Positions 40,430 through 49,343 of a stretch of DNA of 64,000 nt are shown here, piece by piece. Position numbers and translations under genes: made by a program. Source of the stretch: Candidatus Multivoradales bacterium (GTDB lineage Bacteria; Acidobacteriota; Thermoanaerobaculia; Multivoradales; J023); NCBI GenBank assembly GCA_965248925.1, contig CBDFLE010000006.1, positions 960,001 through 1,024,000 on the forward strand. The letters are read 5' to 3'. The notes beneath the pieces were generated by a model. That model was not told where the DNA came from, did no database searches, and worked only from the letters and a program-made list of their open reading frames with translations. Each line of letters begins with the position of its first letter. Positions within the stretch are counted from its first letter, which is position 1.

Positions 40430-40984
40430 TCAAGCGAGGCGGGGCGGCGGGTCCGGCGGCGCGCCCTCAAATAGCCTAGCGATCAGCGGTACGGAGGCCG
40501 ACGAGGCCGCCAGAGAGGCCTCGGGCAGGCCGGGAACCCTACGGAGGTCCGCCGGGCTCGAACGCTGCGACGACGTCGCGGATTGCGTATCCTGACACCG
40601 CGGCACCTGGACGTCGAAGCTGCCGAGCACCACTTCGCGGTCGACGATCACCTCGCTACCGCGCGCGGCGACCCGCAGCTGGTAGGTCTGGACTCCGTCC
40701 GAAGCCGAATGACCTACCCGGTAGTCGGCGTTGCCGGGGATCGCCGGCAGCTCGTAGAGCAGCTCGAAGTCCTCCAGGCCACCGCGGCGGTAGAGCCGGA
40801 ACACCCAACCGGGGCCGGCAGTGGTCGCCTCCCAGGCAATGTCGAGTTCCCCCGTCGAGTGGATCACCAGGGGCTGCTGCGCGGCTACCTCCGCGGACCG
40901 CGGCGTCACCGGCAACTCGACCCGCGCGGACGCAGGTAGGCCTTGCCACACGACTACAAGGCAACTCGCAATGGCCCCGACCAT
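40430..40984 (-). CDS. Exported protein with a degenerate FN3/Ig-like domain
   Basis: Hydrophobic N-terminus; LDIAWE...FRLYRR...TYQLRV; Pro-rich tail. Confidence 0.55.
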   Translation of the reverse strand: MVGAIASCLVVVWQGLPASARVELPVTPRSAEVAAQQPLVIHSTGELDIAWEATTAGPGWVFRLYRRGGLEDFELLYELPAIPGNADYRVGHSASDGVQTYQLRVAARGSEVIVDREVVLGSFDVQVPRCQDTQSATSSQRSSPADLRRVPGLPEASLAASSASVPLIARLFEGAPPDPPPRLA

Positions 40985-41086
40985 CCACCTCCCGGCAGGA
41001 TCGGATACGGAAACCCGTCGTTCGTTTCTGATAGGGGATTACTACCACAGAGACCCGTTGCCCGCAAGCGCATCCCGGCTTGGCGG

Positions 41087-41281
41087 TCAATCGACCCTGA
41101 AGCTCTGCAGCTCCACCGGGATCGAGCAACCGGTGGCGGTGGCTTCAGAAATCTGCCGCCAGGCGGCGGCGATCAGCTCGTTGATCACTCCGCGAAACAT
41201 CTCCTCAAGGCCGCCGGCGACCCGACGGCCTTCGAGGTCGACGATCAAGGTGCTGCTGGACTGACCAAGCTCTACCTGCAT
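41087..41281 (-). pseudogene. Chimeric ORF: STAS N-terminus fused to a PVEL-tail C-terminus
   Basis: First ~43 aa match 33067..33444; last ~18 aa (TATGCSIPVELQSFRVD) match the end of 39621..40292. Confidence 0.8.
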
Positions 41282-41342
41282 GGGCTATGCTCCCCGGGCG
41301 CCGCAGGGTGTCTTGCAAACCGTGCCAAGGTCTGCGGAAACC

Positions 41343-41396
41343 GCAAGATCGCACTGCAAGATCGCACTGCAAGATCGCACTGCAAGATCGCACTGC
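41343..41396. repeat. 13-bp tandem repeat x4 (GCAAGATCGCACT)
   Basis: Perfect copies in the intergenic region upstream of the DHS-like gene. Confidence 0.95.
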
Positions 41397-41454
41397 GGAA
41401 GCGCCGCGACAGCCGCCGGCGGCAGATGGAAAGCCGACGTGAGGAGTCCGCCCC

Positions 41455-42435
41455 TTGAGCGACGAAAATATCTCAGTGCGCGACTTCATGCGGCGCAACT
41501 TTCGCCACTTCAACGCCCGCTCGGTGGTCGAGGCGGCCGACGCCTGGGTCGCTCAGCTGCGCCAGGGCAACCACATGTTTCTCACCCTGGCTGGGGCGAT
41601 GAGCACCGCCGAGATCGGCCTCCAGCTGGCCGAGATGATCCGCCGTGGCAAAGTCCACGGCATCTGCTGCACCGGCGCCAATCTCGAGGAAGACCTGTTC
41701 AACCTGGTCGCCCACGACCACTACCAGCGGATCGCCGATTGGCGTTCGCTGACCGCCGGGAATGAGGCCGAACTCGCCGAGCACGGCCTCAACCGGGTGA
41801 CCGACACCTGTATCCCTGAAGTCCAGGCGATGCGCAAGATCGAGCAGCTGATCGCCCTGCGGTGGCACGATGCCGAGGCCGCTGGCCAGCGCCACCTGCC
41901 GCACCAGTTCGTCTATCAGCTGCTACTCAGCGGCGACCTCGAGGAGGCTTACCAGATCGATCCCAACGACTGCTGGCTATTGGCGGCGGCGCAGCGGGAC
42001 CTGCCCCTCTTCGTCCCCGGCTGGGAGGATTCGACCCTCGGCAACATGTTCGTCGCCCGCCATCTGAGCGGCGAGATCGCCAATCTCGACACCGTCAAAG
42101 GGGGCTTGCACTACATGCAGGAATTGGTCGATTGGTACCGCCGCGAGACGGCGGAGCGATGTCTCGGGTTTTTCCAAATCGGTGGCGGAATCGCCGGCGA
42201 TTTCCCAATCTGCGTGGTGCCGCTGATCCAACAGGATCTGGACCAGGAGATTGGCTTGTGGTCCTACTTCTGCCAGGTCAGCGACAGCACCACCTCCTAC
42301 GGCTCCTACAGTGGCGCGGTGCCGAACGAGAAGATCAGCTGGGGCAAACTGGCGCCGGAGACGCCGAAGTTCATCATCGAGAGCGACGCTTCGATCGTCG
42401 CGCCGCTGGTCTTCGCCTGGGTCCTGGCAAGCTAG
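41455..42435 (+). CDS. Deoxyhypusine synthase-like protein (SpeY-type, homospermidine route)
   Basis: LAGAMSTAE, CTGANLEED, PGWEDSTLGN, IGGGIAGDF, SYSGAVPNEKISWGK. Confidence 0.93.
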   Translation: MSDENISVRDFMRRNFRHFNARSVVEAADAWVAQLRQGNHMFLTLAGAMSTAEIGLQLAEMIRRGKVHGICCTGANLEEDLFNLVAHDHYQRIADWRSLTAGNEAELAEHGLNRVTDTCIPEVQAMRKIEQLIALRWHDAEAAGQRHLPHQFVYQLLLSGDLEEAYQIDPNDCWLLAAAQRDLPLFVPGWEDSTLGNMFVARHLSGEIANLDTVKGGLHYMQELVDWYRRETAERCLGFFQIGGGIAGDFPICVVPLIQQDLDQEIGLWSYFCQVSDSTTSYGSYSGAVPNEKISWGKLAPETPKFIIESDASIVAPLVFAWVLAS

Positions 42436-42510
42436 CCGCGACGGTCGACTAGAACGTGGTGTGTTAAAACAGGGACCGCCACTCTTTGACCCAACTCTGG
42501 AGGACCGCCC

Positions 42511-43896
42511 ATGGCCCGCTTCCGCGTCCCGCACACGCTCGTCCTGCTCTTCGCCATGATCGTCTTGGCCCTGCTGATGTCCTACATCCTGCCCCAGGGC
42601 GAGTTCGAGCGCTTCGAGAACGCCAACGGTCGGCAGCAGGTCAAGGCGGGCACCTACACCATGCTCGAGGACGTCGAGCGAGTCTCGCCGCTGGCCATCT
42701 TCACCGCCATTCCTCGGGGCTTCGAAGCGGCGGCGGAGATCATCTTCTTCGTCTTCATCGCCGGTGGCATGTTCGCCGTGCTGCGCAAAACCGGCACCGT
42801 CGACGCGCTGATTGGCCTCTTGCTCGACAAACTGGGCGGCGCCCCACAGCTGCTGATCGGCGGCGGCATCTTCGTCTTCGCCGTCGGCTCAAGCACCATC
42901 GGCATGGCCGAGGAGTACATCCCCTTCGTGCCGGTGCTGCTCGCCCTATGCTTCGGCCTGGGCTTCGACGCGGTGACCGCCATCGGCATCCTCTGCGTTG
43001 GCTACGGGGTGGGCTATGGCACCGCGCTGATCAACCCTTTCACCGTGCTGATCGCCCAGGACGTCGCCGAGCTGCAGCCGACCTCGGGACTGGGTTATCG
43101 CGCGCTGCTGTTCTTCGTCTTCGTGGCACTCGGCACGCACCACGTCTGGTCCTACGCCAAGCGAGTGCGCAAAGACCCGGCGGCGAGCCTGGTGGCCGAC
43201 ATTGAGCCCGACCCGAGCCTCAAGGCCGCCGAGCGGGTACCGATGACCAGCAGCCATTGGCTGATCCTGGCCATTCTGCTGGCGACCATCGGTCTGATCG
43301 TCTGGGGCCTCAGTCAGTGGTCGGGATGGCATTGGTACGTCCACGAAATGGGCGCTGTCTTTCTAGGTTTGTCCGTGGTGTTGGCGCTGGTCGGCCGGCT
43401 GAGTCCAGACTCCGCCGCCAAATCGTTCTGTGCCGGCGCTGCCGAACTCACCACCACGGCGTTGCTGATCGGTTTTGCCCGCTCGATTCTGATCATCCTC
43501 GAAGACGGCAGGGTGATCGACACTTTGGTGCACGGTATCTCGCTGCCCTTGACCCACGCCGGTCCGATGCTGGCGGCGGGCGGCATGCTGGCCTTCCAGA
43601 GCCTGTGCAACCTCTTCATCCCCTCCGGCTCGGGCCAGGCCTACGTCACCATGCCGATCATGGCGCCGCTCGGCGACTTGGTTGGAGTGCAACGGCAGGT
43701 GGCGGTGCTGGCCTACCAATTCGGCGACGGCTTGACCAACATCCTGGTGCCCACCAACGCGGTGTTGATCGGCATCCTGACCATGGCCCGGATCCCTTAC
43801 GACCGCTGGTTACGCTTCATCCTGCCGTTCATGTTCAAGGCCTGGGCCTTGGCCGCCGTGGCCTTGGCGGTGGCGGTCTGGTTCGGTTACAACTAG
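42511..43896 (+). CDS. YfcC/DcuC-family transporter (putative basic amino acid antiporter)
   Basis: [32 protein letters not shown]. Confidence 0.92.
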   Translation: MARFRVPHTLVLLFAMIVLALLMSYILPQGEFERFENANGRQQVKAGTYTMLEDVERVSPLAIFTAIPRGFEAAAEIIFFVFIAGGMFAVLRKTGTVDALIGLLLDKLGGAPQLLIGGGIFVFAVGSSTIGMAEEYIPFVPVLLALCFGLGFDAVTAIGILCVGYGVGYGTALINPFTVLIAQDVAELQPTSGLGYRALLFFVFVALGTHHVWSYAKRVRKDPAASLVADIEPDPSLKAAERVPMTSSHWLILAILLATIGLIVWGLSQWSGWHWYVHEMGAVFLGLSVVLALVGRLSPDSAAKSFCAGAAELTTTALLIGFARSILIILEDGRVIDTLVHGISLPLTHAGPMLAAGGMLAFQSLCNLFIPSGSGQAYVTMPIMAPLGDLVGVQRQVAVLAYQFGDGLTNILVPTNAVLIGILTMARIPYDRWLRFILPFMFKAWALAAVALAVAVWFGYN

Positions 43897-43934
43897 AATT
43901 CGTCCTTCCACTACTTGTTCGAGGATCTCTTTCT

Positions 43935-46592
43935 ATGCCCTCAGGCCTTGCCCGTTTCTTATCGCCATCGCCCGGTGTGTTCCGCCTCTCCACCAAGACC
44001 GTGGGCAGTCTGCTGCTGGCCGCCACCCTGCTGCTGGCGGGTTGTGGCGACTCGGGGGAGCCACCGGCCTTCAAAATCTTGCTCGAGCACTCGGGGGTCT
44101 ATGCGGTCAGCTGGGATCAGCTGAGCCTCGCCGGCCTCGGCCAACGGCGCCCCGACTCCGCGAACCTCGGCGTCACCCACCTCGGCGAACCGCTGCCGAT
44201 TTGGTTGGTCGACGGCGGCGATGGCCACTTCGACCCCGGCGACCATTTCGAGTTCATCGGCCAAGCTCGCCCCGGAGACAGGTCCTATTTCAGCGAACAT
44301 GATCCCTGGAATGCCTACCGCCTGAGCTTCGATGGCAGCGCCGTCGAGCGCTTGCAAGACGGCTCCACCACCGCCGGCAGCTCTAGCCCAGCTGCTTCGG
44401 CAAGCGGTTTCTTCAGTGTTCGGGAGCACCTTGAACGTGATCGTCTGATGCTGCGCTTCGCCCGCGACCGCACGGGCACCTCACCCGAGCCCTGGTACTG
44501 GGCCAAGCTGACTCAGATCGACCACCATCCCTTCAAGCAGCTGCTCGACCTCTCGACCTTGGATCGCCAATCGCCACGGCCCTTGTCCCTGCGCATTGAG
44601 CTGCGCGGTTGGTCGAAGCAGCCGCGCAAGCCGGCCGGCGCTGCGGCCGATCATCGCGTCGAAGTGCTGTTTAACCAAGAGTTGATCGGCGCTGGTGAGT
44701 GGGATGGCCAAGAGGCCTTCGTCATCGACATTCCGCAAGTGCCCCGCAAGCTCCTGCGGCGGCGCGCTGAGCAAGCTCTGAAGCTGCGAATACCGCAACG
44801 CAAGGCTGGAGACAAGGACGAGTTCCTGGTCGATGTGGTGATGCTGAACTGGATCGAGATCGAATTTCCGCGCACGGATCAACTGAGCGAAGTCCAGGAG
44901 CGTCTGTTCCTCGACGGCGCCGATCTCGCAACTCCCCTGCGCCTCGAATCCAACGCTCCACCGGTGCTCTACAGCGACCGCTTCCGGATCGAAATCGACC
45001 CGGCGGCGGACGGCACTTTCTTGCCTCCCGCCGAAAATGCACGGCTCTACGCCGTACCCACCGGTACCCTGTTGACCGCGGACAGGGTGCTGATCGACAC
45101 CCCTTCCTCGCTGCGCGACGACCAGCTCCAAGCCGACTATTTGATGATCGCCCATCGCAGTCTGAAGCAAGAGATCGAGCCCCTCGCCAAGCTCCACCGC
45201 GAGCGCGGCTTGGCGGTCACGGTGATCGACGCGGAGGACATCTACGACGAGTTCTCCCACGGCCTGGTCGAGCCGCGGGCCATCCGTGACTTTATCGACC
45301 ACGCCTACCATCACTGGCAAGCGCCGCGGCCACGCTTCGTGCTACTGGTGGGCGACGCCAGTTGGGATACTCGCAACGAGGACAATCTGGACCGCAACTA
45401 CGCCGATTGGACCTACCGCGGTGGCGAAGTGCGGCGCTTCTGGAAGAACGACAGCACCGCCTATGCCGACGACAGCGGCGCTAGCCGCAACCTGATTCCA
45501 ACCTGGCACTACCAGTCCCACGAGGGCCACGCCGCCAGCGACAACTTCTTTGTCAATGTCGCCGCCCGCTTGGAGGGCGACGCCGACGCAGTGAAGAACT
45601 TCCACCCCGAGCTGGCGATCGGTCGCTTGCCGGTGACCGAGCCGGCGGAAGTCGCCCAGATCGTCGCCAAGATCAAGCGCTACGTCGAGACTCCCCAGGT
45701 TGGCGAATGGAAACGGCGGGTGCTGTGGATCACCAACGAGAACCGCATCTACCAAAAGCAAGACGACAATCTGGCCAATAAACTAGGGGCCCATGGCTAC
45801 GCCGCGGCCAAGATCTACCCCAAACCGCAAGAGAAAGACAACGTCCACCACCAGCAAGCACTGCTCGACGCCTTCGACGAGGGCAACCTCCTGGTCCACT
45901 TCATCGGCCACGGCGGCCGCTACATCTGGCGCACCGGGCCGCCCGATGTGCGCAAGAACCACGACCTCTTCACCCTCGATCACCTCGATCAACTACAGCC
46001 CCACGACCGGCTGCCGGTGGTGCTCAGCCTGACCTGCTACTCGGCCCCCTTCGACCACCCATCGGCCGATTCAATCGGCGAGAAGTTCCTGCGCCTGCCA
46101 GATCGCGGCGCCATCGCGGTGTTCGCCGCCTCCTGGCGCAACAATCCAACTTCGTGGTTTGGCGAGACCTTGACCCATGAACTCACCGACCGCCAAGTCG
46201 CTACCGTCGGCGAAGCGATCCGCCGTGCCAAACGGCAAATCCGCAACGCCGACCTAGTCGAGACCTACAACTTGCTGGGCGACCCGGCCTTGCCCCTGGC
46301 ACGACCTCAGCTGGATCTGGAGTTGGCCCTAGAGGCCGACCGGCAGGTGCTGAAGGTGCGGCTACCAACCAAGAAATTCAACGGCCAGGCGATCGTCGAC
46401 TGGCACGGCTACAGCGGTGAATTAATCAACAGCGACCAGATCGAGGTGCGCGGCGACACCTTCGAGGCGCCGTGTCCGGCAAACTGCGGCGAACCAGGTG
46501 GCACGGTGCGGATCTATGCTTGGGACCCGCGGCAACAGCTCGACGCGGTCGGCGGAATGCGCTTCAAAGGCTCGCCGAACAAGCCCTCTTGA
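43935..46592 (+). CDS. Peptidase C25 (gingipain/PorU-like) lipoprotein
   Basis: Lipobox LAGC; DYLMIAH, IYDEFSHG, VLLVGDAS, LAIGRLP, FIGHG (His), SLTC (Cys), YNLLGDP. Confidence 0.92.
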   Translation: MPSGLARFLSPSPGVFRLSTKTVGSLLLAATLLLAGCGDSGEPPAFKILLEHSGVYAVSWDQLSLAGLGQRRPDSANLGVTHLGEPLPIWLVDGGDGHFDPGDHFEFIGQARPGDRSYFSEHDPWNAYRLSFDGSAVERLQDGSTTAGSSSPAASASGFFSVREHLERDRLMLRFARDRTGTSPEPWYWAKLTQIDHHPFKQLLDLSTLDRQSPRPLSLRIELRGWSKQPRKPAGAAADHRVEVLFNQELIGAGEWDGQEAFVIDIPQVPRKLLRRRAEQALKLRIPQRKAGDKDEFLVDVVMLNWIEIEFPRTDQLSEVQERLFLDGADLATPLRLESNAPPVLYSDRFRIEIDPAADGTFLPPAENARLYAVPTGTLLTADRVLIDTPSSLRDDQLQADYLMIAHRSLKQEIEPLAKLHRERGLAVTVIDAEDIYDEFSHGLVEPRAIRDFIDHAYHHWQAPRPRFVLLVGDASWDTRNEDNLDRNYADWTYRGGEVRRFWKNDSTAYADDSGASRNLIPTWHYQSHEGHAASDNFFVNVAARLEGDADAVKNFHPELAIGRLPVTEPAEVAQIVAKIKRYVETPQVGEWKRRVLWITNENRIYQKQDDNLANKLGAHGYAAAKIYPKPQEKDNVHHQQALLDAFDEGNLLVHFIGHGGRYIWRTGPPDVRKNHDLFTLDHLDQLQPHDRLPVVLSLTCYSAPFDHPSADSIGEKFLRLPDRGAIAVFAASWRNNPTSWFGETLTHELTDRQVATVGEAIRRAKRQIRNADLVETYNLLGDPALPLARPQLDLELALEADRQVLKVRLPTKKFNGQAIVDWHGYSGELINSDQIEVRGDTFEAPCPANCGEPGGTVRIYAWDPRQQLDAVGGMRFKGSPNKPS

Positions 46593-46777
46593 GCTGCTTG
46601 CAGGCCCAGTTTGATCCATGGTATTCTTCCTCTACTAATTAAAGACTAGCGGAACTTGAGGGAGATCCAAGGCCCGCTCGACACTCTCCCCGTGCCTTGC
46701 CGGCGGAGAAAGTCAACCCAACCCCAACGCCCCTCTGCGGTCTCACTTTCAGACCAGCGGATCGGAGGAATTCTGGA

Positions 46778-47401
46778 ATGTTGAAGATTGCACGCTTTGC
46801 CTTGATCGCCGCCGCCCTCTGCCTGGTGGTCGGCAGCGCCTGGAGCACCGGCAGCGTCACCACCGGCGATGCCGCGGTGCCAATCCCTGACAACTCCGCC
46901 GGCACTTTCGCCTGCCAATCGCTGATGGTGGCTGCCGACGGGGTCAACGGTGACAACATCACCGATCTGACGGTGACCATCGGTGTGGATCACTCCTGGG
47001 TTGGCGACACCACCCTACAGCTGACCGGCCCGAATTGTGGCCCACTCAACGTTTACGCCCGCCCGGGCGCCGCGGCCGGCGTCGGCGCCGGCGATTCGAG
47101 CGATCTCTGCGCGGCGACGCCGCTCGGCTTCAACGATGGCAACGCGACGGATGCCGAAACCATGGGCGCCCCCGAAGCTGGCGGGTCCTGCGTCGGCACT
47201 TCCGGTCCGCTGGCGTATTTCTCCAACGGTGACGAGGTGGGTGGTGCGATGACCCTGACCGGCTGTGTTGGCACGGATGCGGTGGGCTCCTGGATGCTGT
47301 GCATCGACGACGCCGGGGGTGGCGACACCGGCACTCTGCAGACCTGGACCCTCGACGTGACCACCGATCCGGTGGAGCTGATCGAGTTCAGCGTCGACTG
47401 A
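46778..47401 (+). CDS. Secreted proprotein-convertase P-domain-like protein ending in PVELIEFSVD
   Basis: Signal peptide; IPDN, DLTVTIGVDHSWVGD, GSWMLCIDD...DTGTLQTWTLDV. Confidence 0.88.
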   Translation: MLKIARFALIAAALCLVVGSAWSTGSVTTGDAAVPIPDNSAGTFACQSLMVAADGVNGDNITDLTVTIGVDHSWVGDTTLQLTGPNCGPLNVYARPGAAAGVGAGDSSDLCAATPLGFNDGNATDAETMGAPEAGGSCVGTSGPLAYFSNGDEVGGAMTLTGCVGTDAVGSWMLCIDDAGGGDTGTLQTWTLDVTTDPVELIEFSVD

Positions 47402-47428
47402 GCCGAACTCTGATAGAGCATTGAGAGG

Positions 47429-47461
47429 GAGCCGCTTCTCCGGAGGCGGCTCTTGTTGTTT
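47429..47461 (+). terminator. Intrinsic terminator
   Basis: GAGCCGCTTC-tccg-GAGGCGGCTC followed by a T-rich tail. Confidence 0.7.
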
Positions 47462-47498
47462 ATGCCGCCTGAGACTTGCTTCGACGGGTGGAGCCTGG

Positions 47499-49262
47499 AT
47501 GCCCAAGCACCAACATCTTGCCTACCTGACCGCGTTGCTGAACTTGGTCATCGCTGTCGCCTGCGGCTCGCCGGCCAACGAGTTCAGCGGCGCCGACTCT
47601 GGCACAGCGGTCAGCAGCCGCCCACCAATGGTCGACCGTGCATTGGAGCTGGGGCTCGACTTCACCCATTGGAACGGCATGATCGGCGAGCTCTACCCGG
47701 TCGAAGCGCTGGGCTCCGGCGCCGCATTGTTCGACTACGATGGCGATGGCGACCTCGACATCTACCTGGTCCAAGGAAACCTGCTCGGCCCCGAGGCCGA
47801 TCCCAAGCTGGCCGTCCTGCCGCCGCCAGGAGAGCTACCGCTCGGCGATCGGCTGTTCCGCAACGAGCTGGCCGAGAGCGGTGCGCTGCGCTTCACCGAG
47901 GTCACCGAAGAGGCCGGCCTCGAGGCCACCGGCTACGGCATGGGAGTGGCGGTGGGCGATGTCGATGGCGATGGCCACCTAGACCTCTACCTGACCAACC
48001 TCGGCGCCGACCAGCTGTGGCACAATCGCGGCGACGGCAGCTTCGAAGACTGGACATTGCACTCACGGGTCGCGGTAGACGGCTTGTCGACCGCTGCCAG
48101 CCTCTTCGACATGGAGGGCGACGGTGACCTTGATCTCTACGTCGGGCGCTACATCGACTGGAGCTACGCCCTGCATCAGCTGTGCTTCCAGCCGAGCTCG
48201 GCTCTCGACTACTGCGGCCCGGAGAGCTTCCGCGCCGCTGCCGACCTGCTGTGGCGAAACCGTGGCAACGGCATCTTTGAAGACTGGACCGCCGAGGCCG
48301 GCTTGCAGACCGCCTATGGCAAGGCCCTGGCGGTGAGCGCCGGCGACTTCGATGGCGACCACCACCCCGACCTCATGGTGGCCAACGACGCGATGGAGAA
48401 CCAGCTGTGGATCGGCCGCGGCGACGCCACCTTTGCCGATCAGGGGGTTGAACGCGGTATTGCCCACAACGGCGCCGCCGAGCGGGAAGCTTCGATGGGC
48501 ATTGCGATCGGCGATGTCGACGGCGACGGCGATCAAGATGTGCTGCTAGCCCATTTGAGCACCGAGACCAACACCCTCTACTCCAACGACGGCAGCGGCT
48601 ACTTCCAAGACACTACCCGCTCGGCCGGGTTGGCGGCACCGAGCTTGCCCTTCACCTCTTTCGGCACCGCCTTCTTCGACCTCGACAACGACGGCTGGCT
48701 CGACCTCTTCACGGTCAGCGGCGCGGTGCGTATCGACCCCACCCAGCAGCAGGCCGGCGCGATCTATCCCCTGGCTCAGACCAATCAGCTGTTTCACAAC
48801 GTCGGCGACGGCCGCTTCGAAGATTGGACCGCCACCGCCGGGGAAGTCTGGCGCCTGGCCGAGGTCAGCCGCGGCGCCGCCATCGGCGATCTCGACAACG
48901 ACGGCGACAGTGACATTCTGCTGGTCAACAGCAACGGTCCAGCACGGCTGCTGATCAACCAAATCGGCCAGGATCGGCCGTGGCTCGGTCTGCGCTTGGT
49001 CGATCGCTCCGGCGGCGACGCTCTAGGAGCCCGTGCCGAGGTGCATCGCCAAGGCGTGGCGCCCTTGGTCCGGGTGGTGCGAACCGATGGCAGCTACCTC
49101 TCCGCCAGTGACCCCCGGCTGCTGTTCGGCCTGGGCGACCAACCGGTGATCGATCGCTTGCGGGTCGTCTGGGCGGACGGGCAAGCTGAGACTTTTCCAC
49201 CGCCTTCAATCGGCCGCTATCACCAGTTGCAGCGTGGACAGGGGGCCACCTCCAAGGATTGA
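47499..49262 (+). CDS. CRTAC1-family FG-GAP/ASPIC-UnbV lipoprotein
   Basis: Lipobox AVAC; DxDxDG repeats; SYLSASDPRLLFGLG. Confidence 0.93.
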   Translation: MPKHQHLAYLTALLNLVIAVACGSPANEFSGADSGTAVSSRPPMVDRALELGLDFTHWNGMIGELYPVEALGSGAALFDYDGDGDLDIYLVQGNLLGPEADPKLAVLPPPGELPLGDRLFRNELAESGALRFTEVTEEAGLEATGYGMGVAVGDVDGDGHLDLYLTNLGADQLWHNRGDGSFEDWTLHSRVAVDGLSTAASLFDMEGDGDLDLYVGRYIDWSYALHQLCFQPSSALDYCGPESFRAAADLLWRNRGNGIFEDWTAEAGLQTAYGKALAVSAGDFDGDHHPDLMVANDAMENQLWIGRGDATFADQGVERGIAHNGAAEREASMGIAIGDVDGDGDQDVLLAHLSTETNTLYSNDGSGYFQDTTRSAGLAAPSLPFTSFGTAFFDLDNDGWLDLFTVSGAVRIDPTQQQAGAIYPLAQTNQLFHNVGDGRFEDWTATAGEVWRLAEVSRGAAIGDLDNDGDSDILLVNSNGPARLLINQIGQDRPWLGLRLVDRSGGDALGARAEVHRQGVAPLVRVVRTDGSYLSASDPRLLFGLGDQPVIDRLRVVWADGQAETFPPPSIGRYHQLQRGQGATSKD

Positions 49263-49343
49263 AGCTCGGCTCGGCACCGACCTCGACCCCCAACCATCTG
49301 GTGTAGGATGAGTTGTCTTCAATGACCGCTCTGATCCCATTCC

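Noticed and set aside
41343-41396. Possible CRISPR array
   Set aside because: Head-to-tail 13-mers with no spacers and no cas genes.
33571-41720. Diversity-generating retroelement TR/VR explanation for the duplicated fragments
   Set aside because: No reverse transcriptase, and the differences are mostly synonymous rather than adenine-specific.
43257-43934. N-terminal extension of the 1111-aa C25 ORF
   Set aside because: It overlaps yfcC in another frame and is low-information; the signal peptide and lipobox begin after ATG 43935.
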